Origin: an uncultured Gammaproteobacteria bacterium
Lineage (GTDB): Bacteria > Patescibacteriota > Microgenomatia > UBA10105 > UBA927
Assembly (NCBI GenBank): GCA_964588145.1
Contig: CAZPNL010000001.1
Span: forward strand, 11,306 to 75,305
DNA length: 64,000 bases
Direction: 5' to 3'
Shown here: positions 30,254 to 38,947 of the stretch, one piece after another
How positions within the stretch are numbered: the stretch's first letter is position 1
Layout: each line of letters opens with the position of its first letter
Notes under the pieces: model-generated
What the model saw: only the letters and a program-made list of their open reading frames with translations
Told to the model about the DNA's origin: nothing
The model's database searches: none
Position numbers and translations under genes: made by a program

Positions 30254-30982
30254 ATGATTACTGTGATGATACCTGCATACAATGAGGAGAAGCGACTTGC
30301 TGGTACAATAGAAAATCTTATAGTTGCATCTAAGCGTTCAGGACGAGCAAAATTAGATATTATCATTGTGAATGATGCTAGTTGTGATAATACGCAGAAT
30401 GTCATAGATCAACTTGAAAAGAAATATTCATTTGTACGTCACATTCAACACGCGAGGAATGCTGGAGTGGGTAAGGGTATCAAAGAAGCAATTGCTATAG
30501 CAAAATATGAGAAATTTATCGTGATTCCTGGAGATAATGTTGTAGCACAGGATTTGATCACGCTCCTATTTCAAAATAGAAATAAAGCTGATGTGGTTGT
30601 GAGTTATTTTCTCAACAAAGAAATACGGAGTGTGAAGCGAAATTTTATATCAGGTCTCTATACGCTCATATATGACTGTACTTTTGGCGTATATGTACAG
30701 TATCTCAACGGTGTCACGATATACCAAACTGATTTTTTAAAGAAATTATACATTCGTTCAAATCGGTTTAGTGTCATTGCAGAACTTACGATCAAATCAA
30801 TTCTTAAGGGTGCGTCGTTTCATGAAGTTTCTGGAGTCTATGTAAAAGAGGGAATGGTGGATAGTACATCATTTTCCTTAAAAAGTTTACTTGAAGTGAT
30901 TTCTATGTACATATTGATGTTGTATGAAATTAAATTTAAGCGTAAGAGGGAGTATGCAGCTGTGCCGTTTCGAATACCATAG
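30254..30982 (+). CDS. GT2 glycosyltransferase, polyprenol-phosphate-sugar synthase-like (GtrB/DPM1/CsbB-like)
   Basis: 242 aa. IPAYNEEKRL ... DIIIVNDASCDNT is a GT-A DxD-type N-terminus. Size and architecture match lipid-phosphate sugar synthases. Confidence 0.65.
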   Translation: MITVMIPAYNEEKRLAGTIENLIVASKRSGRAKLDIIIVNDASCDNTQNVIDQLEKKYSFVRHIQHARNAGVGKGIKEAIAIAKYEKFIVIPGDNVVAQDLITLLFQNRNKADVVVSYFLNKEIRSVKRNFISGLYTLIYDCTFGVYVQYLNGVTIYQTDFLKKLYIRSNRFSVIAELTIKSILKGASFHEVSGVYVKEGMVDSTSFSLKSLLEVISMYILMLYEIKFKRKREYAAVPFRIP

Positions 30983-30992
30983 ATATTTATAA

Positions 30993-31745
30993 TTATATTT
31001 TTATAATTTTGAAACACATGCCATGCCAACAATAGTGAAAGAGAGGTTCTGTTTTGATATTGTGGTGTGAAGCGAGAAATTCTTTCCAAGCTTTTTTCTC
31101 TCCAAGGTTTTCATTATTGTTAAATGCATTCCAGTCGTCAAACATGATGATGCTATTTTTTTGTAATAGGGGATATATAAAATTTAGCACCGTTTTTGCT
31201 GATTCATATAAATCGCAATCGATATTTACAATGGCAATCTTAGGAAATTTTTGTTTTTTGTGTAAAGCGGGGGTGAGAATTTTGTCATAGAAGCCTTTAA
31301 TTAAATGAATATATTTCAAATTTCCTCCGTGTTTTTTGATACTGTCACTGACAGATTCAAGCGAGCAGGCATATTGACCTTGAAAAAATTCCCCAGTGTC
31401 ATCAACATGTTTTGGTTCGGGTAGACCGCTAAATGAGTCGAATCCGAAGAGTGTCGGTTTCTGAACATATTTTTTCATGCATTCTGCTGCGTACCAAAGC
31501 GAATAGCCTTTGTAGACACCAAATTCATAGTAGGCGCCTGTTCGTAGCGTATTTAGCTTGTGTGCTGTTACAAATATTTTTTTGAGCGTAACTGGGGTAC
31601 AGGGGGTGGCTGGGCTAAATGACCCTGAAATTATATCTCTCAAAGCATCGATATGTTTAACGATGTCTATTCGTAGAGATTTTGTCACAAATGTTTTGAT
31701 TTTTCCTGCAATGTGAAGTGACGTGCAAAATATATACTTATCCAT
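30993..31745 (-). CDS. TylF/MycF-family SAM-dependent O-methyltransferase-like
   Basis: YYEFGVYKGYSLWYAAE ... IAIVNIDCDLYESAKTVLNFIYPLLQKNSIIMFDDW are TylF-family motifs. Paralog of 36195..36956. Confidence 0.6.
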   Translation of the reverse strand: MDKYIFCTSLHIAGKIKTFVTKSLRIDIVKHIDALRDIISGSFSPATPCTPVTLKKIFVTAHKLNTLRTGAYYEFGVYKGYSLWYAAECMKKYVQKPTLFGFDSFSGLPEPKHVDDTGEFFQGQYACSLESVSDSIKKHGGNLKYIHLIKGFYDKILTPALHKKQKFPKIAIVNIDCDLYESAKTVLNFIYPLLQKNSIIMFDDWNAFNNNENLGEKKAWKEFLASHHNIKTEPLFHYCWHGMCFKIIKI

Positions 31746-31757
31746 ATTGCTTCCTAG

Positions 31758-31778
31758 TTGAAATGAGCTTCATTTGAA
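31758..31778. promoter_or_regulatory. imperfect palindrome TTGAAATGA-gct-TCATTTGAA in divergent promoter region (candidate operator)
   Basis: Lies between the minus-strand methyltransferase start (31745) and the plus-strand YfhO-like start (31864). A TATACT -10-like hexamer sits at 31781-31786. Confidence 0.25.
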
Positions 31779-31863
31779 CCTATACTGAGTATTATAATTT
31801 TTTGGTAGTGCTATTGCTTCTGCCGACGTACTCAATATTTATTTTTATTTGTAACTTTTCCTC

Positions 31864-34503
31864 ATGAATCATACCATGCGAAATGTGCAAAGAATATTAT
31901 CAAATTGTTGCTTTATAGTTATTTGTTCAATTGCTTCCTATATTGTCATGTGTTTTATTATGCCAGATCTCTTTGTCTGGCATACTGTTAGTTTTATGCG
32001 ATTAGGGGATGCTGCACACAACTATCTTTCAACTTTTATGCTTGTGCAAAATGCGTTTCGGGGGGGCGTTGGACTGTGGGATTACTTTGATCAGATGCCA
32101 TTTGCATATACGTATGTGGCAGGAGGAATACAATTTGCAAATATAGTAACTGCGATATCTTATATCTTACTTTCTCGTTTTTTCTTTACGCAGTCTCATG
32201 CGTATCACACATTGTATTCTAGTCTCTATTACCTACCTTCTATTTGTGTAAATACTGCAGGTATGTATCTATTACTTCATAGATTTGTGCGTGATCGTTT
32301 GGTGATGTTTATTTCGTTAGTAGTTTCGAGTTCTCTTTATATGCCGCAAATTTTTTTGGGCCTTAGTAGTGGAAGTTTATATGTTTTTTTTCCGCTTGTA
32401 ATGCATTTTTTCTTATCACTACTGGAATCAGGTTCGATGTATTATTTTCTATTATTTGTTGTTGCTTTGGCCTTGGGGTTTGGGATGAATTTTGAAGTAG
32501 CATCGGGATATTGGTACGGAGGGATACATTATTTTTTAACTTCTGCACTGGTTTGGTATGTTGTTACGAGACGACTTAAAATACTGCATCGTTTTGGTCG
32601 AATACGATTCGCATTACGTCGTAGGCAATTGATTTTTGTAGGTGCTGCGTTTATTTGTTGTTTTTTTCTCCTGTTGCCGCTTTTGGGGTGGGGGATAGTG
32701 CTAAAGAATGATTTTAATATTTCTGATACTACGGGTAGATTTGCAAATTCTATATTTTTAAATTTCGCAGGATATTTTAATCGTGTAGGGCAGAGCTTTG
32801 CACCACCTGGTGAATTTTTAATGCGTCTCGTCAATTTTTCAGATAATCATTGGGAGTCTTCGTATATGTATATCGGATTTACTGCGGTGTTTCTTAGTAT
32901 TTGTGCACTTGTGTTTTCGAAAGATTCAAAACGATGGATATTTGCTGCAACATTATTTTGTATTTGGTGGGTGAATAGTCCTCGAGAAATGACCGGATGG
33001 CAGGCTCCAATACATTGGTTTACTGCTGTAACAAATCCTCTCAACTTTATCATACGCTCTTTTCATATGATAGGTGCTTTTATGACACCATTTTTATTTG
33101 CGACAATTGTGGGCGTCGGACTACAGTCATTAAATGATTTCAATGCAGAAGGCATGAAGAAGATGTCTATACTTAAGCTGTCTTTAGCGATGGCTTTATT
33201 ACTCGCATTTTATAGTTATGTATCAGGGCAGGTGTCTTCTGAGGTTGTTATATATCTATATCTTGGTATTGGTGCTTCTTTGATATTATTAGTTCTTAGA
33301 CTAGTGCCACTCCCACATCATGTAAAAAAAATTGTACTTTTGGTGGGCATAATAGGTTTATTTGTACGAGATGGATATTATCAGGTGGGATACCTCAGGA
33401 TCTGGACTGATCGAATGCAGGTCATAACGCATCCAATTTCTACCTCAGAAAAGGAGATAGTACTTGATTATCAAAATCCATATATATTGCCGTTGCGAAC
33501 ATATACTGACCCGGTAAATTATTTCTTGATATCAGGTCCACTTAATGTGGATGCGGTCAATAATGATGGATTTTTTTATCGCTATGCAAATATGGCGAAG
33601 TTTTATGACATACCAGATGTATATAAACCGCGACATAAATCATATACAGAGCTATACACAGATTCAAACGTTCGTAAGTATTTGCAGGCGAATCCATATC
33701 TTATATCTGTTGCAGATTATGCGTATGTTGGGCCTAGACAAGCCTTAAGTGATATTGTACAAGGCAATTCAAGTAGGAGCGTGGTGTTGCTTGATGAGGC
33801 CTCAGATGCAAAATTTCTGACGCAAACTCTTCCTGCACAGGCTTCTTTGCAGGATCAAAGCATTGAGTATAATATATATGATTTTTCATTATCGGGCGCA
33901 GCCAAATCCGCTGAGAATGATATGGATTTGTACTTTATAAAACTTCCAAATGACTTTCCTGCATATCTAGCAACTGGTGTATTTACGAAGGATATTGGAC
34001 TTATAAGTGCAAAAGTTGGCGATAAAAGCTTACATCCTCTTCAAGGTGATCTACAAATTCCATATGCTTTTGATGTACAAAATATTAAAACTGGATATGT
34101 GACGATAAGCATGCCTAAGGGAAGTGTAGTAGAACATCAAGATTTAATTCTTCGAATTCCTAAACAGTACGCTCCAAATATTCAAAAAATAGTATCAAAC
34201 ACATCTGATACTTTTACGATTGAATATGTTTCTCAAAAACCGCAGTGGCTTGTATATCATTTTCCATATGATACAAAATGGCAAGCTATTGTGGATGGGA
34301 AAGTAGAGAAATTTTATAGAGTAAATGCCAGTTTCATAGGTTTACCTCTTGATGGGGGTACACATGTAGTATCATTGCAGTACTGGCCAGACAGCTGGAT
34401 GCGACCTGCGATATTTGTACAATTTGTCTTTATCATAATGACCCCTTTTGGTTTAATAGTTTTAGGTTTGTACTTGGGAGATAAAAAAGATACAAGTATA
34501 TGA
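31864..34503 (+). CDS. YfhO-family-like large membrane glycosyltransferase (880-aa subtype)
   Basis: 879 aa. The N-terminus aligns with the 24044(-) paralog. C-terminal QWLVYHFPYDTKWQAIVDGKVEKFYRVNASFIGLPLDGGTHVVSLQYWP. Followed by a GT2 gene with an ATGA overlap. Confidence 0.55.
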   Translation: MNHTMRNVQRILSNCCFIVICSIASYIVMCFIMPDLFVWHTVSFMRLGDAAHNYLSTFMLVQNAFRGGVGLWDYFDQMPFAYTYVAGGIQFANIVTAISYILLSRFFFTQSHAYHTLYSSLYYLPSICVNTAGMYLLLHRFVRDRLVMFISLVVSSSLYMPQIFLGLSSGSLYVFFPLVMHFFLSLLESGSMYYFLLFVVALALGFGMNFEVASGYWYGGIHYFLTSALVWYVVTRRLKILHRFGRIRFALRRRQLIFVGAAFICCFFLLLPLLGWGIVLKNDFNISDTTGRFANSIFLNFAGYFNRVGQSFAPPGEFLMRLVNFSDNHWESSYMYIGFTAVFLSICALVFSKDSKRWIFAATLFCIWWVNSPREMTGWQAPIHWFTAVTNPLNFIIRSFHMIGAFMTPFLFATIVGVGLQSLNDFNAEGMKKMSILKLSLAMALLLAFYSYVSGQVSSEVVIYLYLGIGASLILLVLRLVPLPHHVKKIVLLVGIIGLFVRDGYYQVGYLRIWTDRMQVITHPISTSEKEIVLDYQNPYILPLRTYTDPVNYFLISGPLNVDAVNNDGFFYRYANMAKFYDIPDVYKPRHKSYTELYTDSNVRKYLQANPYLISVADYAYVGPRQALSDIVQGNSSRSVVLLDEASDAKFLTQTLPAQASLQDQSIEYNIYDFSLSGAAKSAENDMDLYFIKLPNDFPAYLATGVFTKDIGLISAKVGDKSLHPLQGDLQIPYAFDVQNIKTGYVTISMPKGSVVEHQDLILRIPKQYAPNIQKIVSNTSDTFTIEYVSQKPQWLVYHFPYDTKWQAIVDGKVEKFYRVNASFIGLPLDGGTHVVSLQYWPDSWMRPAIFVQFVFIIMTPFGLIVLGLYLGDKKDTSI

Positions 34504-35219
34504 GTACCATCGGTAAAAAGAAAACAAAATCTTTGTCAGTGAGCATATTTGTTCCTGCATACAATGAGCAGGGCAATATCACAGAAGCATTACATACGAT
34601 AGAAAAGTATTCTCAAAGTCTAAAGGAATATGAAATTATCGTTATCGATGATGGGAGTACTGACAATACTTCACTGGAGCTTGCTAAGTATGCCAAAGGT
34701 AATAGGCGTATACGTATCATACGAAATACTACTAATTTAGGGATTGGCGCGGGACTGCGACTCGCATTATCTAAGGCTTGTTATGAATATTTTTCGGTAT
34801 TTCCTGGTGATAATGATATGGCAGGATGGTCACTTGAAGATCTTTTTGTAGGATATGGGAAAACTGATCTCATAGTTGCTTATCCTCGGGATGTATCGGT
34901 GCGAGGACTTGGACGGATGATCCTTTCTTCATTTTTTGTTTTACTAATGAATGTTTGCTCAGGAGTTACGTTGAAATATTATAATGGCCCTTTTGTTTGT
35001 AAAACTGGCGATCTATCACGCATTCGACTTGTGGCAAATGGATATCTGATATATGCAGAGCTAAAAGTTAAACTTATCCTACAGGGTGCAACTGTTACTG
35101 AAATACCATTTGATCACGTAGGAAGAAAATATGGAGTTTCAAAGGCAATAACATCTAAAACCGTATTGGAAACGTTGTCAGTATTTTTTCATTTGCTTCG
35201 TTATAGACTATGGAATTAG
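34500..35219 (+). CDS. GT2 glycosyltransferase, polyprenol-phosphate-sugar synthase-like
   Basis: SIFVPAYNEQGNI ... IIVIDDGSTDNT. 239 aa. Confidence 0.65.
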   Translation: MSTIGKKKTKSLSVSIFVPAYNEQGNITEALHTIEKYSQSLKEYEIIVIDDGSTDNTSLELAKYAKGNRRIRIIRNTTNLGIGAGLRLALSKACYEYFSVFPGDNDMAGWSLEDLFVGYGKTDLIVAYPRDVSVRGLGRMILSSFFVLLMNVCSGVTLKYYNGPFVCKTGDLSRIRLVANGYLIYAELKVKLILQGATVTEIPFDHVGRKYGVSKAITSKTVLETLSVFFHLLRYRLWN

Positions 35220-35689
35220 TACTCGTAGTGTTAATTTGGATTTGTACCGCTTTGCTTCATGTGCTGATTCATAAATGTATAAAGTCTTATTTTGGCACAA
35301 TACGTTTTGCTTCTATGGGAGTATATGTATTTGGCCTGGTGCTACTTTTTTTATTGCTAGATTTTTCTCAAATTAGATATTCATTGTCAGCTTTTTATAT
35401 ATTATTGACTATTATTTATGGCTTGTACTATACGGTGAGTATTAAAGATTATGGGAGCCCGACATCAAAAATAATGATGCTTCTACGATCACAACCTATG
35501 ACGTATGCAGAAATCAAGAAGCATTTTTCAGTCAAGGAGCTTCTTTTGGGAAGATTTGACGACTTATGCACCTCCCAACTTGTGTCTGTAAATAATGGAA
35601 AAGTGTATGTAAGCAATAGGGGACGATATGTAGTTTGGCTGATACGTATACACAGGAAAATAATGGGGATTACGGGGTATGGATCTTAA
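35210..35689 (+). CDS. small membrane protein: 3 TM helices + C-terminal winged-helix-like domain (paralog family, member 1 of 4)
   Basis: Three hydrophobic helices (residues ~3-21, 33-50, 59-76). These are followed by SKIMMLLRSQPMTYAEIKKHFSVKELLLGRFDDLCTSQLVSVNNGKVYVSNRG, a wHTH-like pattern. Confidence 0.55.
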   Translation: MELVLVVLIWICTALLHVLIHKCIKSYFGTIRFASMGVYVFGLVLLFLLLDFSQIRYSLSAFYILLTIIYGLYYTVSIKDYGSPTSKIMMLLRSQPMTYAEIKKHFSVKELLLGRFDDLCTSQLVSVNNGKVYVSNRGRYVVWLIRIHRKIMGITGYGS

Positions 35690-36179
35690 TATATTCCTTA
35701 GTTCATTTGTAGGTGTGATTATATTTTATGTATTTTTAATCGTGTTTATGCGTAACAGAGTTCCTATGTTACGCGCACTTATATTTTCAACGGTGATAAG
35801 TGAGATAGTGGGAGTATTTAGTTTGTATTTACTTTTATTTCAGATGTCATTGGTGCTTCAGAATATGATCGTTGCGTATATACTCGTATTTATGGTAATA
35901 GGTATGGGTGTTTTTGTATATGTTGTAGGGTTTTTTGGTATTATGACAACCTCTATACGATTAGAGTTGTTGATGCGATTATATGGGAAAGGCAGTTTAA
36001 ACTGTACTCAACGCGCCATAGAATCCATTTGTTCAGTAGATTGGCTTTTGCACTCCAGATTAAACACGCTTGTACAGTCAGGTGATATCAGTTTAGACAA
36101 TGGTACTTATAGAAATAATATAAAAGTAAATTTTTTTGTGATCAATGACATCCTTATACGTTTTTTTCGAACATTGTAG
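35679..36179 (+). CDS. small membrane protein: 3 TM helices + C-terminal winged-helix-like domain (member 2 of 4)
   Basis: Same architecture. The C-terminal part is TSIRLELLMRLYGKGSLNCTQRAIESICSVDWLLHSRLNTLVQSGDISLDNGTY. Overlaps the upstream paralog by 11 bp. Confidence 0.55.
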   Translation: MDLNIFLSSFVGVIIFYVFLIVFMRNRVPMLRALIFSTVISEIVGVFSLYLLLFQMSLVLQNMIVAYILVFMVIGMGVFVYVVGFFGIMTTSIRLELLMRLYGKGSLNCTQRAIESICSVDWLLHSRLNTLVQSGDISLDNGTYRNNIKVNFFVINDILIRFFRTL

Positions 36180-36194
36180 TGCTAGGGTATATTC

Positions 36195-36956
36195 TTAAAT
36201 CGTAAGCACTCTCATGGCTTGACCATGCCAGCAATATGTAAAGGCTATTTCATAGGTAAATGATTTATGCTTTTGTATAAATTCGTTGAAAGCACGTTTT
36301 TCGCCTCTGTTGTGGTCATTGCCAAATGAATTCCAGTCATCAAACAAGAGGAGCGTATTTTTTTTCAAAAGAGGTTTGATAAAATCTAGAACGAGGCTTG
36401 TTGACGTATATAAATCGCAATCAATATTTATGATTGCAGCTGGAGGGAGATGTAATGATTTATATAAAGTTTTAGTTAGAGTTGTATCATAATACCCTTC
36501 GATAAGATGAATATTTGATAAATTTCCTCCCTTTGAGAGAATATTTTCCCTTGTGGATTGTAACGATTGAGAAAATTGGCCTTCGTAAAATTCTCCATTG
36601 TCATCTGCTTTCGGTATTTTTGGTAGACCTTTAAAAGAGTCAAACCCGTAGAGTTGTGGATTTTTGTATCCTGACTTAAGTAATTGTTTATACATTTTCC
36701 AGATTGTATAGCCTTTATAAACTCCAAATTCATAATATGCGGCATTGTCCAGTGTTTGGTACTTGTTTGCATATGAAATGCTTTGGTTCACAATTGCTGG
36801 AGCACAAGGATTTGCTGGGCTAAATTTTGAAGATATTTTTTCTCTAACACTATCAAATATACGAATGCGTTGATCGTGAGGAAAAATACCAGTTTTTGAA
36901 ATAATTTTTGTTACTATTCCTAAATAATGGAGAACTGTGCAAAAAAAGTAATTCAT
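36195..36956 (-). CDS. TylF/MycF-family SAM-dependent O-methyltransferase-like
   Basis: YYEFGVYKGYTIWKMY ... AIINIDCDLYTSTSLVLDFIKPLLKKNTLLLFDDW. About 50% identical to 30993..31745(-). Confidence 0.6.
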   Translation of the reverse strand: MNYFFCTVLHYLGIVTKIISKTGIFPHDQRIRIFDSVREKISSKFSPANPCAPAIVNQSISYANKYQTLDNAAYYEFGVYKGYTIWKMYKQLLKSGYKNPQLYGFDSFKGLPKIPKADDNGEFYEGQFSQSLQSTRENILSKGGNLSNIHLIEGYYDTTLTKTLYKSLHLPPAAIINIDCDLYTSTSLVLDFIKPLLKKNTLLLFDDWNSFGNDHNRGEKRAFNEFIQKHKSFTYEIAFTYCWHGQAMRVLTI

Positions 36957-37198
36957 GAAAAGATGAGATGATAGAGAAGTTGTGATTGTCTAAATAAAGT
37001 TAAAAAGTATAATATTAATCAATTTTAAAATAATATCATATATTTAAATCTTTGGACTATGGAGAAAAAATATATCATCTGTAGTATAAATTATTGCCTA
37101 TTCATAAGATTTTACCTTGCTGGTTATATACCTAAATAGCATAATTTGATAGTATTAACTGATATTATTTTTGAATTTTAAAGAGTATCAACGATTAT

Positions 37199-37912
37199 AT
37201 GAAATCAGGTGGAATCAGTATTATTGTGCCAGCTTATAATGAGGAGCATAATATAGGGCATGCTCTAGAGCAGGTTTTGAAGACTGTCAAGTCGGTTAAA
37301 AGTGAAATAATTGTAGTTGACGATGGCAGTATAGATGGTACGGCAAAAGTAGCAAAAGAATATCAGAAAAAATATTCTCAGATAAAATATCTCAGAAATG
37401 ATACAAATCAAGGATTTGGTAAAACGTTTAAACATGGACTGACTGAAGCTAAAATGGAATATGTGACAGGATATCCAGCAGATGCAGATACAGATATTCA
37501 CCTGCTTGAGCAACTTATAGATTTGCGAAAAAAGGCCGATCTGGTAATAGGCGTGATGGATAGGAGAAAAAATCGCACTTTGGCGCGTGGATTATTATCA
37601 GGTTTATATATTGGTATCATGAATACTCTTTTTGGCATCCATTTATCCTATTACAACGGGTATTTTATTTGTAAAACAAAATTGTTACAAAGCACTCGAT
37701 TGGCAAGCGAGGGATTTACAATTTTTGCGGAGGCAAAAGTGCGACTCCTCCGTATGGGGAAAAGTTATATAGAAATTCCGTGTATTCATGTGGGTCGTGC
37801 ACATGGGAGCTCAAAGGCGCTCTCTCCAAAAAGTCTTGTGCAGGCTGTCAAAAATTTATTTGTTCTTATCTACGAGGTGCGCATACTGCCCCTGCTTGCT
37901 CCGAGGGTATGA
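37199..37912 (+). CDS. GT2 glycosyltransferase, polyprenol-phosphate-sugar synthase-like
   Basis: SIIVPAYNEEHNIGHAL ... IIVVDDGSIDGTAKVA. 237 aa. Confidence 0.65.
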   Translation: MKSGGISIIVPAYNEEHNIGHALEQVLKTVKSVKSEIIVVDDGSIDGTAKVAKEYQKKYSQIKYLRNDTNQGFGKTFKHGLTEAKMEYVTGYPADADTDIHLLEQLIDLRKKADLVIGVMDRRKNRTLARGLLSGLYIGIMNTLFGIHLSYYNGYFICKTKLLQSTRLASEGFTIFAEAKVRLLRMGKSYIEIPCIHVGRAHGSSKALSPKSLVQAVKNLFVLIYEVRILPLLAPRV

Positions 37913-38424
37913 GTATGTTTTATTGGTATGGTATAACGTCGCTATGGTGTGCATTGACGTTTATTTGTCATATATTTCTCTATCGTTATTTTTTGCATCA
38001 TAAGATTTCTGTCAGTTATTCCTATTTAATACTAGTAGGATGTTTTGTCGGATTTGGTGGTGTTTTGTGGTTGCTGTATATATTTTCCTTACCTCATGAA
38101 GATGTATATCCGCTTAGTTCAATATTGTTTTACATAGGCATTATTGCTTTTTATTTTATATATCTTCAGAGTGCACTTTTGGGAGAGGAGAGTCCGTCTG
38201 GGAAAATTATGGATTTTATATCGACTCATCCGAACACAACAAAAGAAAAAATTACCAGAATTTTTGAAGGGAGCACACTTACTGAATCTCGTTTGGAGCA
38301 ATTGCTCGATGGTGGATTTATACGAAATCAGAAAGCTCGATATATTATTACTTATAAAGGTGCCAAAATAGTATGGTTTTTTGAAGTATTTAAAAAAATA
38401 TTTGGGCTTACTGATGGTGGGTAA
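37909..38424 (+). CDS. small membrane protein: 3 TM helices + C-terminal winged-helix-like domain (member 3 of 4)
   Basis: ATG 37909 overlaps the GT2 stop (ATGA) and is in frame with the track ORF 37780..38424. The C-terminal part is GKIMDFISTHPNTTKEKITRIFEGSTLTESRLEQLLDGGFIRNQKARYIITYKG. Confidence 0.55.
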   Translation: MSMFYWYGITSLWCALTFICHIFLYRYFLHHKISVSYSYLILVGCFVGFGGVLWLLYIFSLPHEDVYPLSSILFYIGIIAFYFIYLQSALLGEESPSGKIMDFISTHPNTTKEKITRIFEGSTLTESRLEQLLDGGFIRNQKARYIITYKGAKIVWFFEVFKKIFGLTDGG

Positions 38425-38425
38425 T

Positions 38426-38947
38426 ATGGATGTATTTATTACTATTTTGACAATTAGTATCGTTATACTATTTTTATTGGTACAGCTGGTGGTGCACAGG
38501 GTATTTTCGCAGAAAAATGTCATTCGGCTGATACTAGTGTCATACTGCATAACTTTATTGGTTAGCATTTTCGTATGCGTTGGGTATATTTTGATGCGTT
38601 TTATTGAAATACAGAGTTTTAGCGTGTGGATGGCGATTGGAGTTTCATTCTTTTTGGGTTCACTTTGGATTCTTGACTATATTACCGGTTTTTTTGGATT
38701 ACCAATTTCTTCTCTTCGTATCAAATTACTGAGCGATATTGCCCGTGCCGGAGACAGAGGAATCTCTGATAAAAAGCTACTGTCAGGGTATAACAAAAAA
38801 GAAATTATTGCGGTACGGCTAGACAGGCTTGTGCGGGCGGGGGAGCTTGTGGAAAATAAGGGTTCGTATGTGTTAACACGTGGATATTCATATTTGCGTT
38901 TGCATGCATTCATGCACCGTGTACTTCGACGTGTATATAATGGGTAA
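38426..38947 (+). CDS. small membrane protein: 3 TM helices + C-terminal winged-helix-like domain (member 4 of 4)
   Basis: ATG 38426 lies 1 nt after the upstream stop. MDVFITILTISIVILFLL... The C-terminal part is LRIKLLSDIARAGDRGISDKKLLSGYNKKEIIAVRLDRLVRAGELVENKGSYVLTRG. Confidence 0.55.
   Translation: MDVFITILTISIVILFLLVQLVVHRVFSQKNVIRLILVSYCITLLVSIFVCVGYILMRFIEIQSFSVWMAIGVSFFLGSLWILDYITGFFGLPISSLRIKLLSDIARAGDRGISDKKLLSGYNKKEIIAVRLDRLVRAGELVENKGSYVLTRGYSYLRLHAFMHRVLRRVYNG

Noticed and set aside
36180-36194. AGTGCT ... AGCACT inverted repeat between convergent genes as a bidirectional terminator
   Set aside because: The 6-bp stem has a 21-nt loop and no U-tract. Too weak to call.
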